Source: Candidatus Levybacteria bacterium RIFCSPLOWO2_02_FULL_37_18
Lineage (GTDB): Bacteria > Patescibacteriota > Microgenomatia > Levybacterales > UBA12049
Assembly (NCBI GenBank): GCA_001784115.1
Contig: MFPD01000009.1
Span: 7,520-71,519, forward strand
Length of the DNA stretch: 64,000 nucleotides
Direction of reading: 5' to 3'
The notes under the pieces were generated by a model, which was given only the letters and a program-made list of their open reading frames with translations, had not been told where the DNA came from and did no database searches. Positions 8,868-17,745 of this stretch are shown piece by piece. Each line of letters begins with the position of its first letter. Position 1 is the stretch's first letter. A program made the translations under genes and the position numbers.

Positions 8868-9692
8868 GCAATATTGTTAAGAAAGTTAATCTAATTTGTA
8901 AAGAAAAGAAGTAACAATAAACGGAGATATCAACTTCTTTAGTCTACTAAAAGATGAGGCACGAATATAAATTTCTATACCATCAATTTGCCGTCTTGGA
9001 ATTGCTTCCAATCCAAACTTTTCTTTTAAAACCTGACAAAGAAGAGTAACCTCTTCGATGGTAAAATTATGAGTACATATCAATTTCCCCCAACACTCTT
9101 TTGATTTATACGATCCATCATCCATAAACCAGATAGCGAGTCCCAATTCTGTTAAAAGTTCATTTATATTTTTGGGTATTATCTTGGTTTTTGCTTGATA
9201 GAACAATTCTCTAAAGACAAGAAAGTCGGACAAGCTTAAAGTAGTGAAACCAAAACGCTCAAAGTTACCTCATCGGCATTTTTAATGCTATATTCTACTT
9301 TTAGTCTTGCTGACTTTCTATTTGGAGAAAGCTCGATATGACCATCTCCTAGAATAAGACCCACTAATACTTCCTTTTGTAAATTAGAAAGTTTTAGAGT
9401 CTTTTTATATTCTTCTAAGAGGGTTTGCCTCATCCTAGACACTTTCTATCCGAGCATTTCTGTCGGATTCTCATAGTCGCCTATGAGTTCAGACCATATC
9501 ATACTCTAGTATTAGAGCCCAACATATAGTCGTTGAGGGATCCTGCGCATTTAGCTGAAGGACTTCCCTGCTGATTAACTGCACCAGAAAGATTATCACT
9601 TCTATTTTATCAGAAGTACTTCTGGATACACCAGTTGTTCCAGCATATAGTTGGTTTGCAAATAGGAATTACTTCCTAATGGACCCATAATT
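8868..9692 (-). mobile_element. group I intron in 23S domain IV/V carrying a LAGLIDADG homing-endonuclease gene
   Basis: The 23S sequence is interrupted between GGGGAGGTTGACTCAA and CCTACATTGCAACGGAGTTGTACAAAGGTTGGCTAAGTCC. An S-element-like motif GTATGATATGGTCTGAAC sits at 9478-9495. The ORF lies in the 3' part. Confidence 0.55.
8886..9442 (-). pseudogene. LAGLIDADG homing endonuclease split into two ORFs (68 aa + 115 aa) by a TAA stop and a 1-nt frame change at 9233-9238
   Basis: Motif 1 LVGLILGDGHIE lies in ORF 9236-9442 and motif 2 LAIWFMDDGSYK in ORF 8886-9233. The two frames differ by one base. Confidence 0.7.
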
Positions 9693-9800
9693 GAGTCAAC
9701 CTCCCCAGTTAAACTGCCCGCCAGACACTGTCCCTTCGCCGGATTTTTATGCGGCAAAAAAGTAATGATTGCTCATTTCAAAGAGAGGTATTTCACTTTT

Positions 9801-9968
9801 GCTTGCACGAAGCAAAAGAAAATCCTAATTTCAAAATCCTAAATCCTAAATAAATTACACTTTCAAAAATCCAAATTTACAAACGTTTTAGAATTTTGAA
9901 CATTGTGATTTTGATATTATTTAGAATTTAGATATTAGTGCTTAGAATTTCCTTGTGCTCCGCACAAG
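9801..9968. repeat. AT-rich ~165-bp intervening-sequence-like insertion in 23S (L1-stalk / H76-78 region), copy 1
   Basis: gcttgcacgaagc...aaaatcctaatttcaaaatcctaaatcctaaataaattacac...atttagaatttagatattag...ccttgtgctccgcacaag. It is closed by hairpins and is almost identical to 11140-11298. Confidence 0.6.
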
Positions 9969-10149
9969 CTCCCTCCTATTCTCAACAGTTAAAATAAACC
10001 CTCAAATGCCAAGCTACAGTAAAGCTCCCGGGGTCTTTTTGTCCATGGATAACTAGGCCGCGTCTTCACAGCCATCTCAATTTCGCCGGGTAACAGATCA
10101 AGACAGTTATTCAGTCGTTCTACCTTTCGTGCGGGTCGGAACTCCAAAA

Positions 10150-10520
10150 GAAATTCAAAATTCAAAGTTCAAAATTGCAATGCAAAATTAAAAATTGAAG
10201 TACGTTTGTTTTTATACTCGATCGCTTTTTCAAGCCTCATAGTCGCCTATGAGTTCGGACTATATCATCCTCCACTTTATGGAATTCTGGCATGTAGTCT
10301 CTGAGGGTTCTCGCCTGAGGCGAGTCTTCCCTGCTGATTGACTCCACCAAACAGATTGTTACTTATCATCCTAGACTTAGATATCAGGATCTAAAGTACT
10401 GTCGGATACAGAGTAATTCCAGCATATAGCCAGATTTTGCACTTTACTTTTGTAGAACTCTTTCTCGACTGTTTTTGTTCTATTCCTAAGTGCTGTATCT
10501 TTCGATACATTCGGGCAAGC
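10150..10520 (-). mobile_element. compact ORF-less group I intron in 23S (1917-1931 region, CCTTGTCGGG...|...AGTTCCGACC)
   Basis: The rRNA motif CCTTGTCGGG (~10530) and AGTTCCGACCCGCACGAAAGG (~10120) are separated by ~370 nt. That stretch contains an R-like CAGAGACTACATGCC and an S-like GATGATATAGTCCGAAC (10255-10270) ~100 nt from the 3' end. Boundaries are approximate. Confidence 0.5.
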
Positions 10521-10562
10521 TTACGTGACCCGCAAACTTTTCGCCCGACAAGGAACTTCGCT

Positions 10563-10942
10563 CGATCAGATTGCCAAATCAATCTAAATGGACTATATCT
10601 TCCCCAGTTTTTATTGGAGTCTGACGTATAGTCTCTGAGGATTCTTAGAACTTTTGAGATTCTTAAAAATTGAGACAGAGAAACATCCTTCTCCATCAAC
10701 AAACCCTACAATCCAATTTGCAGTTCCAAGTCTTTCCTGCTGATTATCTCTACTGGTATCATTGTCACTTGGTGAACTCATCTATAATTCTAAGTTACCA
10801 TAGTAGATCCAGAATTGCAAGACTTTCCAGCATATGGTCAGATTTTCATTTTCATGCCTCGGCTAGACATGGGAAATGGAGGATTCTTCCACCAAATGGC
10901 GGACATACCTCACTATGGCAGCGGAGTTTTCTTTCAAACTCT
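10563..10942 (-). mobile_element. compact ORF-less group I intron in 23S, inserted at GGU|AGCGAAGUUCC
   Basis: Joining the 5' exon ...AACTGTTCTATGGT (ending in U) to the 3' exon AGCGAAGTTCCTTGTCGGG restores the conserved CTAAGGTAGCGAAATTCC. The intron ends in G (gatcg). It has an R-like CCTCAGAGACTATACG and an S-like GGAAGATATAGTCC (10590-10603). Confidence 0.55.
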
Positions 10943-11139
10943 ACCATAGAACAGTTATAGTTACTGCTGCCGTTCACTGGAGCTTTCGCCGCGAGCCTCC
11001 CCCTTGCGAGGGTCACCCACAACGATTAACTTACCAGCACTGGGCAGGTGTCAGCCCCTATACGTTAGCTTTCGCTTTTGCAGAGACCTATGTTTTAGAT
11101 AAACAGTCGCTAAATAAACTTTTGCTGTGGCCTCGCGCG

Positions 11140-11298
11140 GAACGCAAGAAAATCCTAATTTCAAAATCATAAATCCTAAATAAATTACACTTTCAAAAAT
11201 CCAAATTTACAAACGTTTTAGAATTTTGAACATTGTAATTTTGATATTATTTAGAATTTAGATATTAGTGCTTAGAATTTCCTTGTGCTCCGCACAAG
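11140..11298. repeat. AT-rich ~160-bp intervening-sequence-like insertion in 23S (helix 63 variable region), copy 2
   Basis: Near-identical to 9801-9968 and also preceded by CCTTGTGCGGAGCACAAGG on the rRNA-sense strand. The flanks match the E. coli ACTTCGGGAGAAGG...CTGTTTATTAAAAACA region. Confidence 0.6.
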
Positions 11299-11962
11299 GC
11301 AGGGCATCTCCCAAAGGTTACGCCCAGTTTTTTTGCCGAGTTCCTTGATCTGCTGTCTCCCGGTCGCCTTAGTCTTCTCGACCAACCCACCTGTGTCGGT
11401 TTACGGTACGGAATAAAAGAACACTCCTCACGAATCTTTTCTCGCGGACTGAAAGCTTAGAATGTTGTCCCCGCGTTTGACGCGGGAACTTCCCATCGCC
11501 ACTCAGTTAGACACTCTGACGGATTTTCCAATCAAAACTACTTTGTAACTTGGTGTCGCATATAGCGGCAAATCCTCTTCCACTCTGGTCAATCCTTGAG
11601 TTATAACGCATTCTCTTATGTAGTCGAATATCAACGACTTGTCCATCGGGTTACCCCGAGATTAGCTCGGAACACCCTTAGGGCCGACTCACCCTCCGCT
11701 GACTTACAGTGCGGAGGAAACCTTGGGTTTTCGGCGTCCCGGTTTCTCACCGGGATCTCGCTACTCATACCGGCATTCTCACTTCGTATCGCTCCACCAT
11801 GCCTTACAACACAGCTTCGCGGCAATACGAACGCTCCCCTACCGTCCGCCAAAGGCGGACCTCCATCTTCGGCAAAAGGCTTAATCCTCGTTACATTTTC
11901 GGCGCTACAAACCTGCCACGTTAGACGTGGACATCCTCCAGTGAGCTGTTACGCTTTCTTTA

Positions 11963-11993
<31 letters not shown>

Positions 11994-12226
11994 TTGTCTC
12001 TGGATTGTAACTTCCTTCAAAACTTAGCCTTTATTTAGAGGCCTTAGATGGGAGTCTGGGCTGTTTCCCTTTTGACTGATCAGCTTAGCCCGACCAGCCT
12101 GACTAGAACGAATATAATCTAGTATTCGGAGTTTGATTGGTTACGACAGCTTGCGCCGCCGAAGACCATTCAGTGCTCTACCCCTAGATCATTGTATCGT
12201 CCCGCTATACCAAAATATATTTCGGG

Positions 12227-12258
<32 letters not shown>

Positions 12259-12489
12259 ATTGCCTCTAACCTCAAGTCATCTCAACCCATTGCTACGGAT
12301 ACGAGTGCGGGCCTTCCCCCGACTTTCATCGGGGTTCACCCTGCTCAAGGTTAGCTCACCCGGTTTCGGGTCTATCCCAATGTACTAAGTAGCTCGGTTA
12401 GAGCTTGCTTTCACTACGCCTCCGCCAGAAACTGGCTTAAGCTTAAACGCACACTAAGATAACTCACCGGTTCATTCTTCAATAGGCAC

Positions 12490-12650
12490 GAGATCACCAG
12501 AGGACAGAAGACAGAATAACGGAAGACGGATATCAGATGACAGAGATACAAAACATCAAGATTTTAATCCTGATCTTCTGTCTTCTGTTTCTCTGCAATC
12601 TGTCCTCTGACTTCTGTACTCTGTCCTCCGGCTCTCTCTGCTTGTCAGCC
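12490..12650. repeat. helix-25-region IVS-like insertion made of ACAGAAGACAGAA / TTCTGTCTTCTGT words forming a long imperfect hairpin
   Basis: gaggacagaagacagaataacggaagacgg...ttctgtcttctgtttctctgcaatctgtcctctg, immediately upstream of the conserved CCCTCACGGTACTAGTTCACTATCGGTC 23S block. Confidence 0.5.
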
Positions 12651-12687
12651 GACAATTTCAGGTCTATTTCATCCCCCTCCCGGGGTG

Positions 12688-12726
<39 letters not shown>

Positions 12727-13364
12727 AGGTCTTGGTATTTAGTCTTGGAACGTGGTCGCCCCAGATTCCCACAGAGTACTTCCTCCATGGTACTTAGGTA
12801 CAAACTATCAGTGTCTTACATTTCGCATACAGGACTTTCACCCTCTATGGTCAGCTATTCCAAGCTGTTCTGCTATATAAAACACCAAATATCGTCTGCC
12901 CTGCAACCCCGAGCTGAGCTCGGTTTAGACTTCTCCCTTTTCGCTCGCCGCTACTTAGGGAATCTCTATGATTTCTTTTCCTCCGGGTACTTAGATGTTT
13001 CAGTTCCCCGGGTACCCTACCAAACACTATTATCAGCCAAAGGCTGAACTTTTATGTTTGGTTCCCGCGTTTGACGCGGTCGATTGCTCGATTCGGAAAC
13101 CGCCGGATTACAGGATTATGACTCCTACCCGACGAGTATCGCCGCCATATGCGTCCTTCCTCGGCCAAAACCTCCTAGGCATCCATTATCGGCATTATGA
13201 GTAGTCTTTTATAAAGACGCTCTACTCCATCCTGATTTCGATACTCAGGATGAAGTCCTTCTCTTCACTTGTCAAGGAGCGAATTGCGATAGCAATTCTC
13301 ATCTCTTTTATGTTTTTGAATAAACTCTCCTCAATACCAGGAGGGCTTGTTCAAAAACATAGGG

Positions 13365-13437
13365 TGGACCCGGGGGGAGTCGAACCCCCTACCTCCTCGT
13401 TGCAAACGAGGCGTTCAACCGGATAAACTTCGGGCCC
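13365..13437 (-). tRNA. tRNA-Ala (anticodon UGC)
   Basis: Reverse complement GGGCCCGAAGTTTATCCGGTTGAACGCCTCGTTTGCAACGAGGAGGTAGGGGGTTCGACTCCCCCCGGGTCCA. It has a 7-bp acceptor stem with G3-U70, a D-loop with GG, anticodon loop tTTGCAAa and T-loop TTCGACT. Confidence 0.85.
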
Positions 13438-13661
13438 GATGTATCCCGTTGAATCCACTAATTTACTTTTCAAACAGACCAAAAGAAAAACCGCTTTATC
13501 GAGGACACAGTAAGACCCTGCTAGGGTTTAAAGTGAACTATTGAGTAAAATTTCATCATAAAAACGATTTATCTTTAGCTGTAACAGACATCTTACCACA
13601 GGCTAAAATAGGTGTCAAGGCCTGAAAATATTGGTAACTGTTTACACTTCTGACACGATTT

Positions 13662-13746
13662 TGTCATCCTGAGCGTAGCCGAGTCAGACTCGGCGTAGCG
13701 AAGGATCTATTCGGTAAAAGTTCTGCTTTCAGCCTCCAGAATGACA
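13662..13746. repeat. GTCAT-family palindromic element (tgtcatcctgagcgtagccgagtcagactcggc...cagaatgaca) immediately 3' of rpoD; probably a terminator
   Basis: inverted termini plus a nested hairpin gccgagtcagactcggc. Confidence 0.7.
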
Positions 13747-13859
13747 ACTCTCTATCAGAACTGTGACCTATTACACGGCAATTGCTATACCAACCCAAGA
13801 TTAAAACACTTTGCAGAACTCCTTCGGGAAGCCGTCCATACTCTTTGAAGCCTCTTCAT

Positions 13860-15197
13860 TCATTCTCGACGGTACTCCTCTCTTAATTGATCCGTTTCTC
13901 TCGCCCGTCTTAGTTTTCTCAACGCCTTTCTTTCTATTTGCCGGGCCCGCTCTCCCGTAAGGCCTATTTTTTTGCCTATTTCCTCAAGTGAATGGGGATG
14001 CTCATTGCCTAAACCGAATCGGAGGGCAAGCACGGCGCTTTCATTTGGACTGAGTGTCTCAAACAAAGCCGCCAGTTCATCTTTTAATAATTCTCTGTCT
14101 GCAGCAGAAGGGGTATCCGCGCCATTATCCGCGATTCCGCCGATAATTTCCGAATCATCTTCATAGCTTACCGGTCGGTTGTACGAAACAACCGTTGTTA
14201 TTTGTAAGGTATACAACGCATCCCGCACCTGTTTCTCTGTACATCCTGCAACTTTCGCGATTTGCTTTGCCGTTGGACTTTGTCCCGATTTTGCCAGTTT
14301 TCTTTGCGCGCTATTTATTTTACTTACCATTTCCAAAAAATTAATAGGGTGTCGTATGGTTTTTGCATTGTTTGCAATCCCACGGATAATTGCTTGGAGA
14401 ATCCAATATGTCGCATATGTAGAAAATTTATATCCGCGTTGGTAATCAAACTTCTCAACCGAACGCATAAGTCCGCCATTGCCATCTTGAACAGCGTCTT
14501 TCAATGGAGAATGATTCGATTCGTATCTTTTAGCGATCGGAATTACCAAACGGAGGTTTGCTGCGATAATATGATTTTTTACCTCTATTCCTCTTCGAAT
14601 TGCCGCATCGACCATTCCTTCCAACATTCCTCTTTTTTCTCCTTCCGGCAAGGATTTTCCTGCCAAAAGACAAACTCCGGTAACGGTTTTTAGTGTTGCT
14701 CTTTCTGCTCTATGGGTTTGCCGGTCTTTCTGCACATCTGCAGACTCTTCTTCAATTGTAAGCATTACCAAATCACTTAGTCCTATCCTTGCAAGAAATG
14801 CCGTTGCGTCCTTTTCGGATACATGAGAAACCAATATGTCTCGTTCTTTTTTTTCTGGTTTTCCGTTTTTCCTCAAAAAGGTAACTTTAGTAACAGTTGC
14901 GCCCGGGTTATATAATTTTTTGACCATCAAGGCAGTTCTACCAAACGCGAGTTCTTGAAAAAGAACCTGTTCTTGCTCCGGGGTAAGAAGAGGGGTTCCG
15001 TTTATATCTCGAAGATACAATGCAAAGGTGTTATCATAAATACCTGCACTTCCTCCATCATTGTTTTCGATATCGGAGGCATCAAAAACAACTCCTCCCA
15101 ATGCAAATGCGTCATGATCCACAGGCTCGATTCCTTCACCTCGCCCATGCCTCCCGCGCGCTTGCTCCCGATCTGTTATTACCATAAAAGCAAGCAA
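13860..15197 (-). CDS. rpoD: RNA polymerase sigma-70 factor (RpoD-like)
   Basis: Regions 2-4 are present: IIAANLRLVIPIAKRY, FSTYATYWILQAIIRGI, SLEEIGKKIGLTGERARQIERKALRKLR. Confidence 0.85.
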   Translation of the reverse strand: MLAFMVITDREQARGRHGRGEGIEPVDHDAFALGGVVFDASDIENNDGGSAGIYDNTFALYLRDINGTPLLTPEQEQVLFQELAFGRTALMVKKLYNPGATVTKVTFLRKNGKPEKKERDILVSHVSEKDATAFLARIGLSDLVMLTIEEESADVQKDRQTHRAERATLKTVTGVCLLAGKSLPEGEKRGMLEGMVDAAIRRGIEVKNHIIAANLRLVIPIAKRYESNHSPLKDAVQDGNGGLMRSVEKFDYQRGYKFSTYATYWILQAIIRGIANNAKTIRHPINFLEMVSKINSAQRKLAKSGQSPTAKQIAKVAGCTEKQVRDALYTLQITTVVSYNRPVSYEDDSEIIGGIADNGADTPSAADRELLKDELAALFETLSPNESAVLALRFGLGNEHPHSLEEIGKKIGLTGERARQIERKALRKLRRARETDQLREEYRRE

Positions 15198-15330
15198 TTA
15201 TAGCACTTTCCTCTTTTTATTTCTTTTTTTGGGGATTTTTGGAAGGGTTGAAAAGGCAATACGACTTGAAAACGATCTTCAGTGACAGTGAGAAAAGCTA
15301 TGTCTTGGCACGAATTTTATTGCAATAAAA

Positions 15331-16254
15331 CTATTTTTTCTGATCAGATAACCAGCGCTCAAGTTCGAGTGCTGCCGCACAGCCAAATCCGGCTGCGGTA
15401 ATAGCCTGTTTGTATTGACTGTCATGAACATCACCTGCCACAAACACACCGGGAACATTAGTTAGATAATGATCGTGGACAACAATAAAGCCGTGGTCAT
15501 CAATGTGAATTCCCTTAAAGACAGCAGTATTGGGCACGTGTCCGATTGCCACAAACACACCGTCTGTTGGAAACTCACTTTCTCCTCCTGTTTGGGTATC
15601 TTTTAATTTTATGCCATTCACATTTTGATCGCCTAATATCTCTATAACTTCTTTATTGAACAAAAATTGTATCTTAGGATTATTCTTGGCTTTTTGCTGC
15701 ATTACCTGGCTTGCTTTAAGACTGTCTCGGCGATGGACAATAGTTACGCTCTCTGCGAAACGACTCAATACAAGCGCTTCTTCCATAGCAGAGTCCCCTC
15801 CTCCGACTACAACTACCTTTTTATTTCTAAAAAATGCGGCGTCGCATGGCGCGCACGAAGAAACACCACGGCCAATTTTTTCCATTTCTCCTTTTGCTCC
15901 AAGCCATTTTGTATCTGCGCCCGTTGCAATAAGTACCGACTTACTCTTGAATGTTTTATCTTCTGCATAAAGTGTGAATGGGTAAGAAGTAAAATCTCCG
16001 TTGGTAAAATCAACTTCTTCTATTATAGCTCCGTGTTTTTCTGCTTGTTTTCGCATCGCCGTCATTAAATCAGGGCCTTGAATACCTTCGGCAAACCCCG
16101 GGTAATTTTCAACAAGCGTTGTAAGCATGAGCTGTCCTCCCCATTTTCGTCCGGCAATGATGAGGGTTTTGAGATTAGTCCGAGTAGTATAAATAGCAGC
16201 GGTCAAACCAGCTGGACCACTACCTATAATAATTACGTCATATACTTGTTCCAT
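15331..16254 (-). CDS. trxB: thioredoxin-disulfide reductase
   Basis: FAD motif IIIGSGPAGLTAAIY, redox CAPCDA, NADPH motif VVVGGGDSAMEEA. Confidence 0.85.
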   Translation of the reverse strand: MEQVYDVIIIGSGPAGLTAAIYTTRTNLKTLIIAGRKWGGQLMLTTLVENYPGFAEGIQGPDLMTAMRKQAEKHGAIIEEVDFTNGDFTSYPFTLYAEDKTFKSKSVLIATGADTKWLGAKGEMEKIGRGVSSCAPCDAAFFRNKKVVVVGGGDSAMEEALVLSRFAESVTIVHRRDSLKASQVMQQKAKNNPKIQFLFNKEVIEILGDQNVNGIKLKDTQTGGESEFPTDGVFVAIGHVPNTAVFKGIHIDDHGFIVVHDHYLTNVPGVFVAGDVHDSQYKQAITAAGFGCAAALELERWLSDQKK

Positions 16255-16351
16255 AGTTTTAGTATAAACAAAAATGGCGAGTATACAATGCTGCCAAGTA
16301 CTAAGGTGAACTTTTGGACCGGCGACAAGAAAATTTCCGTATGCGAGCCAT

Positions 16352-16669
16352 TTAACTTGCTAGGACTTCATCTATTGCTTTTTTAAAATTATCTTTGCTT
16401 TGGGCTCCAACCATTGATTTTACCGGTTGTCCCTTTTTGAATATAAAAATACTCGGAATACTCATTACGTTATATTTTCCGGAATACTGTTGGTTGTCAT
16501 CTACATTTACTTTAACAACTTTAATTTTGCCTTCGTACTCCTTCGCAAGCTCCTCAATAATTGGACTTACTATTTTACACGGCCCGCACCAAAGAGCCCA
16601 GAAGTCAACGAGAACTGGAATCTCCGATTTAAGAACTTGTTCTTCAAATTGTGCGTCTGTAATATCCAT
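16352..16669 (-). CDS. trxA: thioredoxin
   Basis: WCGPCK active site, 105 aa. Confidence 0.9.
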   Translation of the reverse strand: MDITDAQFEEQVLKSEIPVLVDFWALWCGPCKIVSPIIEELAKEYEGKIKVVKVNVDDNQQYSGKYNVMSIPSIFIFKKGQPVKSMVGAQSKDNFKKAIDEVLAS

Positions 16670-16689
16670 ATAATAAATTAAAAATTTAA

Positions 16690-16800
16690 AGTTGAATTAG
16701 TTAGTTAGTTGGTTAGTTTATTATTAGTTCACTGTAGACTACTGTGAACTATGAACCGTGAACTAACTAACTGTGAATTAAACTTTGCAGTTTGCACTTT
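16690..16800. repeat. AGTTAGTT / GTGAACTGTGAAC word-palindrome element, intergenic copy
   Basis: tagttagttagttggttagtt...agttcactgtagactactgtgaact...aactaactaactg; the same words recur at 22855-22945, 24750-24815, 30780-30830 and 38215-38250. Confidence 0.65.
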
Positions 16801-16909
16801 TAATTTTAACTTTAAACTTTTACTTTTAACTGAGTATATTACAGGGTATCAAGAATATTTTTCCGGGTCAAGGGGAGATTTTGTACCCGTTTAGGATTTG
16901 ACAAAGGTT

Positions 16910-16992
16910 TGTCATTGCGAGGTCGCCTGAGGGGCGACCGAAGCAATCTCGAAAAAGAGATCGCCACGTCGCTTACGCTCCTCGCGATGACA
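16910..16992. repeat. GTCAT-family palindromic element (gtcattgcgaggtcgcctgaggggcgacc...ctcgcgatgaca)
   Basis: Inverted termini plus a GC hairpin. ORF 16839-17045 in the six-frame track is just a translation of this element. Confidence 0.7.
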
Positions 16993-17038
16993 AAATGAAG
17001 GGTATTTGGAAAATCTTGGGTGGGTACGAATCGACGTA

Positions 17039-17067
17039 TTGACAAACTTATTTATGTACTATATACT
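17039..17067 (+). promoter_or_regulatory. sigma-70-type promoter TTGACA-17-TATACT, about 9 nt before the Phd ATG (leaderless or near-leaderless)
   Basis: TTGACA at 17039-17044, a 17-nt spacer, TATACT at 17062-17067, ATG at 17077. Confidence 0.5.
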
Positions 17068-17076
17068 GTACTTTGT

Positions 17077-17370
17077 ATGCAACAGATAGTAAATATTACC
17101 CAAGCACGAAACAATCTGGCAAAACTGGTAGAAAAAGTAAAGACTACCAAGCAACCTGTTGTTATTGTCCAGGACAGCTTTCCCTCTGTTATCCTCTACC
17201 CCTATGATGAGGCGATAAAACAGGAAGAACAAAGGGAAAAGCTTTATAAAAGAGAACTCGAAGACCTCCTTCGGGAAGGAAAAAAAGCATTTAAGAGATA
17301 CCTCAAAAAAAAGGGTATAACCAAAAAATTAACAGAAGAGGAAACCTACGATATTATCAAGAATGCGTAA
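17077..17370 (+). CDS. Phd/YefM-family antitoxin
   Basis: MQQIVNITQARNNLAKLVEKVKTTKQPVVIV. It overlaps the downstream PIN gene by 8 nt. The track start at 17020 lies upstream of the promoter. Confidence 0.6.
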   Translation: MQQIVNITQARNNLAKLVEKVKTTKQPVVIVQDSFPSVILYPYDEAIKQEEQREKLYKRELEDLLREGKKAFKRYLKKKGITKKLTEEETYDIIKNA

Positions 17371-17743
17371 GGTTATTTTAGATACAAATGTCTTTCTCTC
17401 AGGCATTCTTTTTGGCGGGAATCCAGAAAAACTATTGAAACTTTGGCTTGAAAAACGCTTCATACTTTGCTTCTCCCCTATCTTAAAAGCAGAAATTATT
17501 CAAAAGCTTGAACTTAAATTTGAATTTGCAAAATATAGTATAAAAACCATTTCTCAAACTATTGACATGTTTTCAAAAAAATATATTCCAAAAAAGAAAG
17601 TAAAGATTTGCAAATATCCAAAAGGTAACTTTTTACTTGAACTTGCCCAAGAATCTCATGCAAACTATTTGGTTAGCGGAGATAAAACAGTTTTAGAGTT
17701 AAAAGAATACAAGGGAACTAAAATCCTATCTCCAAAAGAATAA
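17363..17743 (+). CDS. PIN-domain toxin (type II TA system)
   Basis: VILDTNVFLSGILFG at the N-terminus, acidic residues, and SGDK near the C-terminus (TIGR00305-like). Confidence 0.6.
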   Translation: MRKVILDTNVFLSGILFGGNPEKLLKLWLEKRFILCFSPILKAEIIQKLELKFEFAKYSIKTISQTIDMFSKKYIPKKKVKICKYPKGNFLLELAQESHANYLVSGDKTVLELKEYKGTKILSPKE

Positions 17744-17745
17744 TT

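Noticed and set aside
16839-17045. 68-aa ORF with IARSVSDVAISFSRLLRSPLRRPRNDK
   Set aside because: It is a translation of a GTCAT palindromic element and lies upstream of the phd promoter.
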